A stretch of 64,000 bases of DNA from Promethearchaeota archaeon. GTDB taxonomy: Archaea; Asgardarchaeota; Lokiarchaeia; Sigyniarchaeales; SOKP01. The notes beneath the pieces were generated by a model. It worked only from the letters and a program-made list of their open reading frames with translations, searched no databases and was not told where the DNA came from. Of this stretch, positions 1 through 9,460 are shown one piece after another. Each line of letters begins with the position of its first letter. The stretch's first letter is position 1. The stretch covers positions 39,084-103,083 of the forward strand of contig JAEOTR010000030.1 in the NCBI GenBank assembly GCA_016839705.1, written 5' to 3'. Made by a program: the position numbers and the translations under genes.

Positions 1-8
1 GGGAAACC

Positions 9-1409
9 ATGACAATTAAGGATCTAAAATCTAACTATTCTCATAAACAGATGAAATATGGGATAAGGTCTGAAGCCTTTAATATGATGAAAAAGTATTA
101 TCTAACTAAATATGAAACGCACAACAATTTCTTATTCGCTTTTCTCTGTTGCGTGTATGACGGGAAGAATAAACTTGAAGCTATCAAAAAAGAAATGCGA
201 CTTTTATTCATTTCTGCAACAAAACAGGTTGTTGTAGGGGAAGAAGACGTTGAAGAATACTTTCAATTAGCTAAACGACAAGAACTAATTTCTGTTAATG
301 AAAATAATCACATATTATTAACAAAAGAAGGGGAAAAGCTAGTAGAATTAAGTTATTATCATAATTTATATACCTCCCATTATTTACATAGGTTTTTCTC
401 AAAACAGACTGCAATGATAACAACAGCCTTAATTCTTATTTTGTTATCTTCCCTAAAAATTATTTTTGGCCTGCAATTATCCTCTCAAGCTATGCTAACT
501 GAAGGTTTTGAAAATCTAACTGATTTAATAAAAATAGGAATTATTGGCATGATTGGGATGAAACTTAAAAAAGATAAGCTTGCTAGCATCATAATCATAG
601 CAATCATGATGGTTACTGGTATTACTTTAGTTTGGTCGGGAATAGAAGCATTACTAGATCCGAGCCCGATTATACCCTCAATTCAAGCATATTTCATAAG
701 CTTTCTCTCAATATTTCTAAATGTTGGTTTAATGTTCCTTAAGAGCATCGTAGGAAGAGCTTCTGGAAATTTATCTTTTCTTAGCGATTCAAAAGACTCT
801 GCGTTAAACGTTCAAATTTCTATCGGTGTTATAATTGGGTTAACATTCGCAGCTTTCAGGATCTATTTTGTTGACTCTTTAGTGGGAATTGTAATAGCAG
901 TTTTAGTATTCAAGGAAGGAATTGAATTTTTGCGGGAGATCTTTTCAAAAGAGGAAGAATTCGATATAACATCTATAAAAGTATTTGCTGACAATCTCTA
1001 TAATAATCGTTTAACAGGGTATATATTGGGAAGTATACGTAGACAAAATTTAACTCAAGAAGAACTTTTAGAGAATTTTTCCAGAGGACTCAATCTTGGA
1101 CGGTTGTACTATGAAGGATTTGCTGATTTTTTCTATGATGAGCTTGGACCTAACATAGCTAATAAACATCTGAATAAACTCATTAAAGGAAGGTATATCG
1201 ATATTATAAATAATGAGTTATTCTTAACGCAAAAAGGTTTAAAAGCCTTTTATAATGCTAAAGCAAAAGAATTTCAGCAACGCTCAAATCTGATTCGGAT
1301 TGGGCATAAATTTGATTTGAAATTAATCTTGTATCTTGTAATTTTTGCGGGTCTCATTGCTCTCTTAATCTTTGCTCCATCTATAAATTCTTGGTTAGCT
1401 AATCTATAG
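9..1409 (+). CDS. Cation-efflux (CDF)-like membrane domain flanked by two winged-helix-like domains
   Basis: Central 6-TM block with CDF-like pattern (SQAMLTEGFENLTD; FLSDSKDSALN; VDSLVGIVIA). N- and C-terminal wHTH-like wings (LLTKEGEKL; FLTQKGLKA). Confidence 0.7.
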   Translation: MTIKDLKSNYSHKQMKYGIRSEAFNMMKKYYLTKYETHNNFLFAFLCCVYDGKNKLEAIKKEMRLLFISATKQVVVGEEDVEEYFQLAKRQELISVNENNHILLTKEGEKLVELSYYHNLYTSHYLHRFFSKQTAMITTALILILLSSLKIIFGLQLSSQAMLTEGFENLTDLIKIGIIGMIGMKLKKDKLASIIIIAIMMVTGITLVWSGIEALLDPSPIIPSIQAYFISFLSIFLNVGLMFLKSIVGRASGNLSFLSDSKDSALNVQISIGVIIGLTFAAFRIYFVDSLVGIVIAVLVFKEGIEFLREIFSKEEEFDITSIKVFADNLYNNRLTGYILGSIRRQNLTQEELLENFSRGLNLGRLYYEGFADFFYDELGPNIANKHLNKLIKGRYIDIINNELFLTQKGLKAFYNAKAKEFQQRSNLIRIGHKFDLKLILYLVIFAGLIALLIFAPSINSWLANL

Positions 1410-1428
1410 GTGAATACCTTAATATAGT

Positions 1429-3297
1429 TCAATAAAACATTTTATCTAATTCTTCTTTCAATTTAGCGGGAGGAAATTTAGGTTCTCGGTCAAGCGTTAG
1501 CAACCCATTTATTTCTTGAAATTGATCATAAAGTTCGGTATAGCAAAATCCTTGAATCCAATCCTTTCTTTTTTCAAATTCTTTAAGTAAACTTAAGACT
1601 CCCTGAAAGAGATCTTCTTCAGTTTCAATTAAATTTCCATATCCCCATTTATTTTCAACGTTTTTATCAAAATCGTATCCAAATCCACCTATTTCACTGT
1701 AAATAATCGGTTCATTGGCATATTTATAAGGTTTTAGATAAGTTTCTATTACTGCCTGTTCTTGATTACTTATTTCTTCCTCCAAGGAATCAGGTAATTT
1801 TATTGATTGTGAATCAGCATAATAGTGTCTTGTACAAATATCAGTTTTCGTATGCCACCATCCATCATCGTCGACAACCAATCTTGTTGAATCGATGGAT
1901 TTTATTAAATAGAATAACGAAAGAGTGTAAGCTGCCCTTTTAGGATCTCTTCTTAGACTGAAGACACCCCATGACTCGTTGATTGGAACCCAGGAAATGA
2001 TCGACGGATGATTATAATCCCGTTCTATTTCTTCTACAAATTCATTTAACAAACGCATTTGTGAGTTCACGGTAAATCTACGGGCATTCCCTATTTCTCC
2101 CCATACTAAAACCCCCATTTTATCACACCAGTATAAGAATAGTGGATCAAAAGCTTTCTGATGTGTTCTTAACCCATTAAAGCCAAAATCTTTTATATAT
2201 TGTATGTCTTTTTTAATATCATTTTCAGAGGGTGCAGTATATAATCCATCAGGCCAATATCCCTGTACTAAAAAGAGTTTCTGATATAGTGGTTTATTAT
2301 TTAGTAAAATTTGTTTATTTTTTTTCTGTTTAACATCAGACACCGAAATGCTTCTTAACCCAAAATAACTTCTTACCTCATCATAAATCATCTCTGTATT
2401 CTTATTAAAAATCTTTAAATTAACATCATACAAATTTGGGTTTTCTGGATCCCAAAGGTAATTTAAATCTTTAGGAATTTGAACCTTAAATTTAAAACAA
2501 TTCGGTGTTTTTGGGAATAATCTTCCTTTGAATTCTGGGTTGATCTCTACATCCTCAAATATTCCTAAAAAATGCAAATCAATATCTTCTTTAATAACGC
2601 CTTGATTTTCAAATAAAATTTCATATTTTAGGAAAATATCAGAAAAATCAGTTCCGTGAACATTGAATTCGAACATTACTTCAGTTTTATCTACATCAGG
2701 AGTCATTTTCAATTTTTTCAGATAAAAATCTGAGGAAACAAATTCTATCCACACTGTTTGCCATATACCTGAAACTCTCGGGTAGAAAATTCTTTCTATT
2801 TCCCTTCTCCAATATTGCTTTCCTCTTGGTATTTCCAGGGATTGGCTAGGATCTTCTACTCGTAGTACCATAACATTTAATTCTTCAATAAATTCTGTAA
2901 TGTCTATTGAAAATCCAATATATCCCCCTTCATGAGACCCAACATACTCTCCATTTAAATATACCATACAGGAATAATCAACTGCCCCAAAATGAAGTAA
3001 CACTTTTTTTTTTTGAAATTTTTTCTGTATAACAAATTCTCTTCTATACCATATGATATCATGAAAAGAATTATCCTCAATTCCGCTTAAAGGACTCTGG
3101 AAGCAGAAGGGTACAAGAATTTTTTTATTGAATTTATCAAATGCTTCCTTTTTATACCATCTCTCTTTTAGCCCCAAATTTAAATCATCAAACACAAAAT
3201 CCCATTCTCCATTGAGATTTAACCAATTATTCTCTCTTACAAATTGAGGTCGAGGATACTCTGGTCTTGGTAGTGTGTTTTGCTCTGTCTCTTTCAT
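1429..3297 (-). CDS. Glycoside hydrolase family 2 (beta-galactosidase/glucuronidase-like)
   Basis: PRPEYPRPQF, LNGEWDF, LHFGAVDY, SGIWQTVW, NHPSIISWVPINESWG and SEIGG motifs. Confidence 0.93.
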   Translation of the reverse strand: MKETEQNTLPRPEYPRPQFVRENNWLNLNGEWDFVFDDLNLGLKERWYKKEAFDKFNKKILVPFCFQSPLSGIEDNSFHDIIWYRREFVIQKKFQKKKVLLHFGAVDYSCMVYLNGEYVGSHEGGYIGFSIDITEFIEELNVMVLRVEDPSQSLEIPRGKQYWRREIERIFYPRVSGIWQTVWIEFVSSDFYLKKLKMTPDVDKTEVMFEFNVHGTDFSDIFLKYEILFENQGVIKEDIDLHFLGIFEDVEINPEFKGRLFPKTPNCFKFKVQIPKDLNYLWDPENPNLYDVNLKIFNKNTEMIYDEVRSYFGLRSISVSDVKQKKNKQILLNNKPLYQKLFLVQGYWPDGLYTAPSENDIKKDIQYIKDFGFNGLRTHQKAFDPLFLYWCDKMGVLVWGEIGNARRFTVNSQMRLLNEFVEEIERDYNHPSIISWVPINESWGVFSLRRDPKRAAYTLSLFYLIKSIDSTRLVVDDDGWWHTKTDICTRHYYADSQSIKLPDSLEEEISNQEQAVIETYLKPYKYANEPIIYSEIGGFGYDFDKNVENKWGYGNLIETEEDLFQGVLSLLKEFEKRKDWIQGFCYTELYDQFQEINGLLTLDREPKFPPAKLKEELDKMFY

Positions 3298-3373
3298 GCA
3301 AAAGAAAAAGCAAAAAACAATAAAAAGTTATTTAAAAAATGAATTATATCATCATCTGTTTGAGGATGGATCG

Positions 3374-3473
3374 ATTAAGAGGTCGTTTGGTCCTTATACT
3401 GGGCTAAGTTTCGTTAAATTCAATCTTGACTGGTCACCTAAGGTTTAAGCCATTTCGCTTCTTCGACCTTAAT
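3374..3473. ncRNA. Candidate structured non-coding element (three-way junction)
   Basis: Nested complementary segments 3374-3385/3464-3473, 3392-3396/3439-3443 and 3447-3450/3457-3460 in a GC-richer intergenic patch. No known family recognised. Confidence 0.3.
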
Positions 3474-4001
3474 TAAAGAGAAACAAAGAAATTTTATTGA
3501 TAATGATTGAACTGTAAAACATTTCTAACCTATTTTGCTTTCTTCTACCAAAAAATTCAATATCATCGTCATAAACTATAATCTTAATAGAAAGAAAATA
3601 GATTGACTATTTGATAATCACTATTTTCATAATCTGAATTGAATCTATTATAATTATTCACCATATTATCGAATTTGGAAAAGCTTGTATCATTGTGATA
3701 GAACAATTTTATCGCATTTTTTAACATACATGATCAATCTTGATCGATCACTTTTCCGTTATAGGATCACAATATTAATGCAATCCGCAATGTTTATATA
3801 CGATATCTGACATATAACTATTAGAGAACGATCAAGTTTCCGGCTCTCGACGGTCATTTATATTCCCACATGCATTCATGTAAGAATTTGATAACAAAAG
3901 GGGGATGATTTTGATAGTTTGTATGATCATTATTAGTTCATATTCGCCGAAAATTGATCTTTCAAGAAAAAATAAAAAAACAAAAAAAAAGGAGGATGAA
4001 A

Positions 4002-4601
4002 ATGAATAATATAATGTTTGAAACTTTGGCTGATAATAATTTTTCCGTATATATGATACAAGAAAAGGATGAAAAGGTTAAAGAAGACGATGTAGAAAGA
4101 ATATTAGAGAATATCAAGGATATTTCTATAAATTTCGCTACAATTGATTTGGGCCATATGAATTTAAGGGAGTTTAACGAAACTGCTTTATCAAAAGTAT
4201 TAAGGAAGTTTGGGATTCCTTATTTCACGATTCAATTACCCCATTATGTTAAAGGGCATTATTCAAGCCAACTGAGTGAAATTCAAAATAAGTATAATGA
4301 GTTAAAATCTACTTATGATTCACTAAAAGATAAAAATGCTCCTAGTGCTCAAGAACTCTGTTATTTAATTCAATACTATTCAACTGAGCTTAAAGAATTA
4401 AACCACTACATTAGTAAACAAGTGCGAACGAGCGCAGTGACCAAAAGAATTTTAGAAGTCATAAAAGATCGTCCAGATGAAGATATGACCTTTATTCATT
4501 TTGGTGAGGAGAATACTTTTGTAGAAATCATGAAAGAGTTGAAAGAATTGAATGTTAAATCTAACGTCATTTTTATACAGAGCTCAAGATTTATAAATTA
4601 A
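4002..4601 (+). CDS. Hypothetical protein, paralog of the N-terminal domain of the 6396..8078 protein (TraB/ChaN-like fold?)
   Basis: ORF opens at 3954; GGAGG at 3991-3995 supports ATG 4002. Shares LRKxxIPY and VR..R/KI..H motifs with the N-terminus of 6396..8078. Confidence 0.75.
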   Translation: MNNIMFETLADNNFSVYMIQEKDEKVKEDDVERILENIKDISINFATIDLGHMNLREFNETALSKVLRKFGIPYFTIQLPHYVKGHYSSQLSEIQNKYNELKSTYDSLKDKNAPSAQELCYLIQYYSTELKELNHYISKQVRTSAVTKRILEVIKDRPDEDMTFIHFGEENTFVEIMKELKELNVKSNVIFIQSSRFIN

Positions 4602-4652
4602 TTTTATTCCCAAATTAAAATTTAGAGAATTAAAAACGCAGAGGTAAGAGTT

Positions 4653-6197
4653 ATGAAAATAATTGAAGAAGAGTATGATCTGGCAATCATCGGAGCGGGT
4701 CCAGGTGGCTATCATTCAGCCATCAGAGCAGCTCAATATGGTGCGAAAGTTGCATTAATTGAAAAAGACAAATTAGGTGGCACATGTTTAAATAGAGGAT
4801 GCATTCCTACTAAAGCATTACTTGCTTCTGCCCATTTTATTGAGAAAATTCAAAAAGCAGAAGAATTTGGTGTAGAGATTAAAGGTTTTAGTTCTAATTT
4901 CAGTAAGGTAGTAGAGCGAAAAGATAAGATAGTAAATGAACTTGGCACTGGTATCGCAAATCTACAAAAGGCTTGGAAAAATGACGTTTACATCGGATTT
5001 GGTAAGATTCTTAGAGGTAATGCTCAAGAAGGTTTTAAAGTATTAATTCAGGGAGAAAATAATGAGGAGTTAATTCATGCTAAAAGAGTTATTATAGCAA
5101 CTGGTTCGACTCCTGCTTTAATACCAAATTTTAATGTAGACCATAAAAGAATTTTAACAAGTGATGATATTTTGGATTCCAATTTCAAAACTATTCCCAA
5201 AAGATTGTTAATTATTGGAGCAGGGGTTATTGGATGTGAGTTTGCAGACATTTTTACAACTTTTGGGAGTAAAGTAACATTGTTAGAATATCTACCTTCA
5301 CCAATCGCGACGGAAGAACCAATAATTATTAAGCAGTTACAAAAGAAATTCGATTCAAAAGGAATTAAGATCATTACTTCTCAAAATGTATTATCTGTAG
5401 AAAACACAGGCTCAAGTGTAAAAGCTTTAACCTGTTCTGCTTCAGTGCCAACAGAAGAAATTGAACTCGCAGAAAAATTTAGTTTTGAGGCTGATCTATG
5501 TTTAATTTCTATTGGTAGGAATAAGGTGTCAAAAAATTTGGGATTAGAGGAATTAGGCATTGAAACAAGAAGGGGAGCAATTGAAGTTGATCCAGGCACA
5601 TTAGAAACTGTTGTCAATGGAATATATGCAATTGGCGATGTGACTGGAGGAATTATGCTTGCTCATGTAGCAAGTTATGAGGGTGATATAGCAGTTGCAA
5701 ATGCTCTGCGTAGTCTCGGAGTAATCAAAAATCATTCTAGGAGAACTAATTATAGGGTCGTTCCTTCTACAATTTTTACAAGTCCTAATATCGGTTCAGT
5801 CGGATTGAAAAGAAATCAGGCTAGAGAACTAGGTATAGATGTTTTAGTTGGTCAATTTCCATATGAATCCCTTGGAAAAGCGAAATGTATGGGAGAAGAA
5901 GGACTTCTAATATTATTAGCAGATAAACATACTCTCCAAATAGTTGGTGCTTCTTGCATTGGTGAAGGGGCTTCAGAATTAATTGCTGAGGTGGCACTTG
6001 CCATGCAACACGGTTTATCCATCGAAGACATCACTCATACAATCCATAGTCATCCAACTCTCTCAGAAATGGTGCTAGAAGCAGCAGAGGCAGTTAAAGG
6101 TCGAGCTATTCATAAAAAAGGACACCCTATTGCGCCTAGATTAAGAGATATTCTAATGGAGCAACTTCCTTTGGGAGTTGAATACGGAACAGAATAA
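4653..6197 (+). CDS. lpdA: Dihydrolipoamide dehydrogenase
   Basis: GAGPGG, GGTCLNRGCIPTK, GAGVIGCE, AIGD, LAHVA and HSHPTLSE motifs. Confidence 0.93.
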   Translation: MKIIEEEYDLAIIGAGPGGYHSAIRAAQYGAKVALIEKDKLGGTCLNRGCIPTKALLASAHFIEKIQKAEEFGVEIKGFSSNFSKVVERKDKIVNELGTGIANLQKAWKNDVYIGFGKILRGNAQEGFKVLIQGENNEELIHAKRVIIATGSTPALIPNFNVDHKRILTSDDILDSNFKTIPKRLLIIGAGVIGCEFADIFTTFGSKVTLLEYLPSPIATEEPIIIKQLQKKFDSKGIKIITSQNVLSVENTGSSVKALTCSASVPTEEIELAEKFSFEADLCLISIGRNKVSKNLGLEELGIETRRGAIEVDPGTLETVVNGIYAIGDVTGGIMLAHVASYEGDIAVANALRSLGVIKNHSRRTNYRVVPSTIFTSPNIGSVGLKRNQARELGIDVLVGQFPYESLGKAKCMGEEGLLILLADKHTLQIVGASCIGEGASELIAEVALAMQHGLSIEDITHTIHSHPTLSEMVLEAAEAVKGRAIHKKGHPIAPRLRDILMEQLPLGVEYGTE

Positions 6198-6395
6198 ATT
6201 CTAACTTTTCTTTTTTATATTTTTTCAATAATTCTTATTTTCTGTTTTATGTAACAAATAGATCATCAATATGCTCGAATAGCAACATTTATATGCTTGG
6301 AAAACATAATATGATTTGGGAAAATCTACAAAAAAATATCGAAAAATGAAAATGGTAAATATTATCTAATTAAAAATAAGAGGTGTTGACAAAAA

Positions 6396-8078
6396 ATGGA
6401 AGTTTTAGAATTAAAACCTTTAAAAAAAAATCGATTAAAATTAGTTTTAATTGAAAGTGAATTTCCTATTGAATGGTGGTTTGAAAGCTCAGCACAGAAA
6501 AAACATGACTTAGTATGGAATTTGAATTTAATTTCAAAAGAATATATTGATTTAATTGAAGGTCTCATTAACAAGTATAATCCTAATTATGTTACTGAAG
6601 AGAAAGGTAGCAGGTGGGAAGAAGTAATATCACAAAATGACCCAATAGCTACATTATTAAGAAAATATGAGATACCCTATCAAATGGTAGACATTTCCGA
6701 AAATGCTGAGGGTTATCTCTCTGTAAATTTTGATGAATATAGAACTCTAATTGAACAATTAGAAAGAAATCTTTATAACTATTCCAATTCTAGCGAATCA
6801 GCCATTCAAAATGAATTCGAATATCAGAGAGCTGTATTATGGAAGGAGCATTTACAACAAGAGTATAATAATAAAGAAAATGATATAAGATATAAAGTTC
6901 GAGAAGCGTGGATGATGATGAAAATTATGAAATTCGCAAGAAAGATTGAAAAAAAAAATCTTACTGCTTTTCATATTTGTGATCCACACCATTTTAAAGG
7001 AATTAAGAGACTAGCTGAAGAATTGGGAGTTATTATTGAGGAGATAAAAATTAAAAGAGAAAGTAAAATTGTCCATAGTTCTGAAATATTTCCAATAAAG
7101 AGTATGATGAATAATTCAATAATAGAATTAACACCTGTAAAAATAAAGAAAAAGGAGAAACTTGATAAAATTTGTTATTTTTTTGACACTGATGAAAAAG
7201 CCTCTCCTTTTGATATTAATATGGCTTATGATGCAGGATTTGACGTGGTTGTTCCATTTAATAATGTAAAAGCAAAACAAGTACAAAAATTAGTTCAAGA
7301 TGCGATCTTTTCACGTAGACCTGGTGCTCCTACATCATTCTTTATTGGTGGATCGGATGTGAAAGAAGGAGAGGAAATAGCTCACACTGTTATTAATTCA
7401 TTGGTACACCCTTACGAATGTCCTGTAATTATCGATCCTAGAGGCTCCTATACAACAGCCTCTTCAATTGTAGCGAAAACTATGGAAATAACCAAAGCTA
7501 ATAATATTGATGATTTAAGAGGAAAAAAAGTCGTAATTTTAGGAGCAGGTCCAGTTGCTCAGATCGCAGCCATATTAGCTGCTAAATTAAAATGTCATAC
7601 CTACCTAGTAGAAACTTGGAATAAGTCTAATGAGAAATTTATTGAGGAATTATCACGAGAATTATCAAAGGAAGCTGGAATAGATGCTACAAGAATTATA
7701 GGAATATTCGCAGTACACGATGAAGAAAAATACCAAATTTTGAAAGATGCAGATATCATATGGTCTCTAGCTGCCGTAGGTATTCAAGTATTATCAAGAG
7801 ATGTAATGAATAAATTAAAAAACAAAATAATCTTTGATATAAACTTAGTACCTCCGTATGGTGTTGATGGACTAAAACCCAAGGATTCTAATAGAGAAAT
7901 CTTTCCAAGCATTTTCGGAACTGGGGCATTAACAGTGGGTCGTCTAAAATCTAAAGTTGAGGAAGCCATTCTAAAAGAAGCTTCAATAACCAATGGGAAA
8001 AAAGTTTTTGATTATCTATTCGCATTCGAAAAAGCAAAACAACTAATATTTGGAAATGAAATAGAAATCTCTCAATAA
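6396..8078 (+). CDS. mtdB: NAD(P)-dependent methylene-H4MPT dehydrogenase (MtdB-like) fused to a ~250 aa N-terminal domain of unknown function
   Basis: SPFDINMAYDAG, VQDAIFSR, FFIGG, DPRGSYTTA, GAGPV and DINLVPPYGV are Mtd motifs; the N-terminal extension is extra. Confidence 0.85.
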   Translation: MEVLELKPLKKNRLKLVLIESEFPIEWWFESSAQKKHDLVWNLNLISKEYIDLIEGLINKYNPNYVTEEKGSRWEEVISQNDPIATLLRKYEIPYQMVDISENAEGYLSVNFDEYRTLIEQLERNLYNYSNSSESAIQNEFEYQRAVLWKEHLQQEYNNKENDIRYKVREAWMMMKIMKFARKIEKKNLTAFHICDPHHFKGIKRLAEELGVIIEEIKIKRESKIVHSSEIFPIKSMMNNSIIELTPVKIKKKEKLDKICYFFDTDEKASPFDINMAYDAGFDVVVPFNNVKAKQVQKLVQDAIFSRRPGAPTSFFIGGSDVKEGEEIAHTVINSLVHPYECPVIIDPRGSYTTASSIVAKTMEITKANNIDDLRGKKVVILGAGPVAQIAAILAAKLKCHTYLVETWNKSNEKFIEELSRELSKEAGIDATRIIGIFAVHDEEKYQILKDADIIWSLAAVGIQVLSRDVMNKLKNKIIFDINLVPPYGVDGLKPKDSNREIFPSIFGTGALTVGRLKSKVEEAILKEASITNGKKVFDYLFAFEKAKQLIFGNEIEISQ

Positions 8079-8135
8079 TTTTTTTTTTCTTATTATTTAG
8101 ATTATAACTAGTTCAATTTAGGAGGAAGTGTAATT

Positions 8136-8651
8136 TTGCGTTCAACAAACCCGTTTCAAATTTTCATAATGTATCGTGATGAACTTAACGGTATTCTTCC
8201 CCTTCTAATTTTTCCAGATGAATCCGTTAAACAAGATAATAATACAATGAAACCAATCTATTATCATCCAATTTGGAATTTCTCCATCGATGATACCAAA
8301 AAAGCCGAGGGAGTAAATTTGATTTATAGAAAAAATGTTTATTGTGCTAAAAATTACCTAGTCTATTGTGAGGCAATAGAAGAAAGTAAGGTTGATTATT
8401 TAAAGGGATTTTTTAAAAAGATAGTTATTATAATAGTTATTCCGGAAGAAATGAATTATGAGCAAAAAATTTTTCTGAAAAGTGCCATAGAAGTCATCAT
8501 TAAAAATTTTAAAAGCCATTTTACTAAAATTGTAAAATCAGAGATTTTAAAACTAGACATAATAAAAATCCCCAAAAATGAAAATATTATCAAAGAGGGA
8601 AATACTTTAAAAGAAAAGATTAGAAAATTATTAAAAACTATTTTTATTTAA
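8136..8651 (+). CDS. Hypothetical protein, possible longin/uDENN-like domain
   Basis: GGAGG upstream of TTG start; IMYRDELNGILPLLIFP resembles the uDENN first hairpin. Confidence 0.5.
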   Translation: MRSTNPFQIFIMYRDELNGILPLLIFPDESVKQDNNTMKPIYYHPIWNFSIDDTKKAEGVNLIYRKNVYCAKNYLVYCEAIEESKVDYLKGFFKKIVIIIVIPEEMNYEQKIFLKSAIEVIIKNFKSHFTKIVKSEILKLDIIKIPKNENIIKEGNTLKEKIRKLLKTIFI

Positions 8652-8802
8652 CAAATAGGAATCGCACACCTAAAATCCATGAAAAATAACCAGAATTTAG
8701 TTTAAATTTTAGTTTGATCATTGGTTTGTGGTAGGGAAGGAGGTTTATATTTTCGCTCTCCAATTGCGACAAAGGCATCAATAACCTGTCAAGTTACTAA
8801 AT

Positions 8803-9420
8803 TTATGTATCTCTGTTAACAACCTTTTCATTAATTTTTTTAGGGAAGAACATACCCGTCTTCCTTTTGTAGTCAATATAGGATTCCCCATACCTAACTA
8901 CTAAATCTTTCTCTTCTGCCTTACAAAACCAGTAAAAAAGTGGGAACCATACGATAGAATATATAAAAAGAAATGGAGAATTTAAAATTAGGGCAACTGA
9001 CAACCAAATAAAGGCTTCCCCTAATGCTTGAGGGTGTCTAATCTTTTCATATATCCCCGAATAAAGAGTATGACTTATATCTGGGAAAAGAGCTTCTCTT
9101 CCTGCATCTTTAACTCCTTTTAACATAATGTATAAAGAAGGAAGTAAAATGATAATAGCAATAAGAATGGATATCCAATAATCCCATATAAAGAATTGAG
9201 GTATTGGAATAGGTAATGGGAGAAAAAAGTAGAATAGATAATTAACTACTGTAATTAATTCAAATACACTTGCAGTTATCCTATAATACGCGCATCTTGA
9301 AAATGCTTTTAATCCTATTTTTTGACTTAATGTTGCTGGATAGACACTCTTGATATAAAATAATGCCATTATGGCAGTTGAGAGAATTAGTATTATAAAA
9401 TTAATCCAACTAAACATCAT
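8803..9420 (-). CDS. Isoprenylcysteine carboxylmethyltransferase/PEMT family membrane protein
   Basis: GIYEKIRHPQ, EEKDL..RYG.SY..YK..TGMFFP motifs; multiple TM helices. Confidence 0.88.
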   Translation of the reverse strand: MMFSWINFIILILSTAIMALFYIKSVYPATLSQKIGLKAFSRCAYYRITASVFELITVVNYLFYFFLPLPIPIPQFFIWDYWISILIAIIILLPSLYIMLKGVKDAGREALFPDISHTLYSGIYEKIRHPQALGEAFIWLSVALILNSPFLFIYSIVWFPLFYWFCKAEEKDLVVRYGESYIDYKRKTGMFFPKKINEKVVNRDT

Positions 9421-9460
9421 AGTATTTAATTCTGCTAAGGATATAACACTTTATTTTCCT

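Noticed and set aside
5075-6034. Antisense ORFs inside lpdA, and similar ones inside cdc48, dapA, dys, dapF, cdhD and the corrinoid genes
   Set aside because: They are opposite-strand shadows of well-supported genes and carry no motifs.
8648-8790. Short minus-strand frames in a GC-richer intergenic patch
   Set aside because: No clear start signal or recognisable motif; at most a gene remnant.
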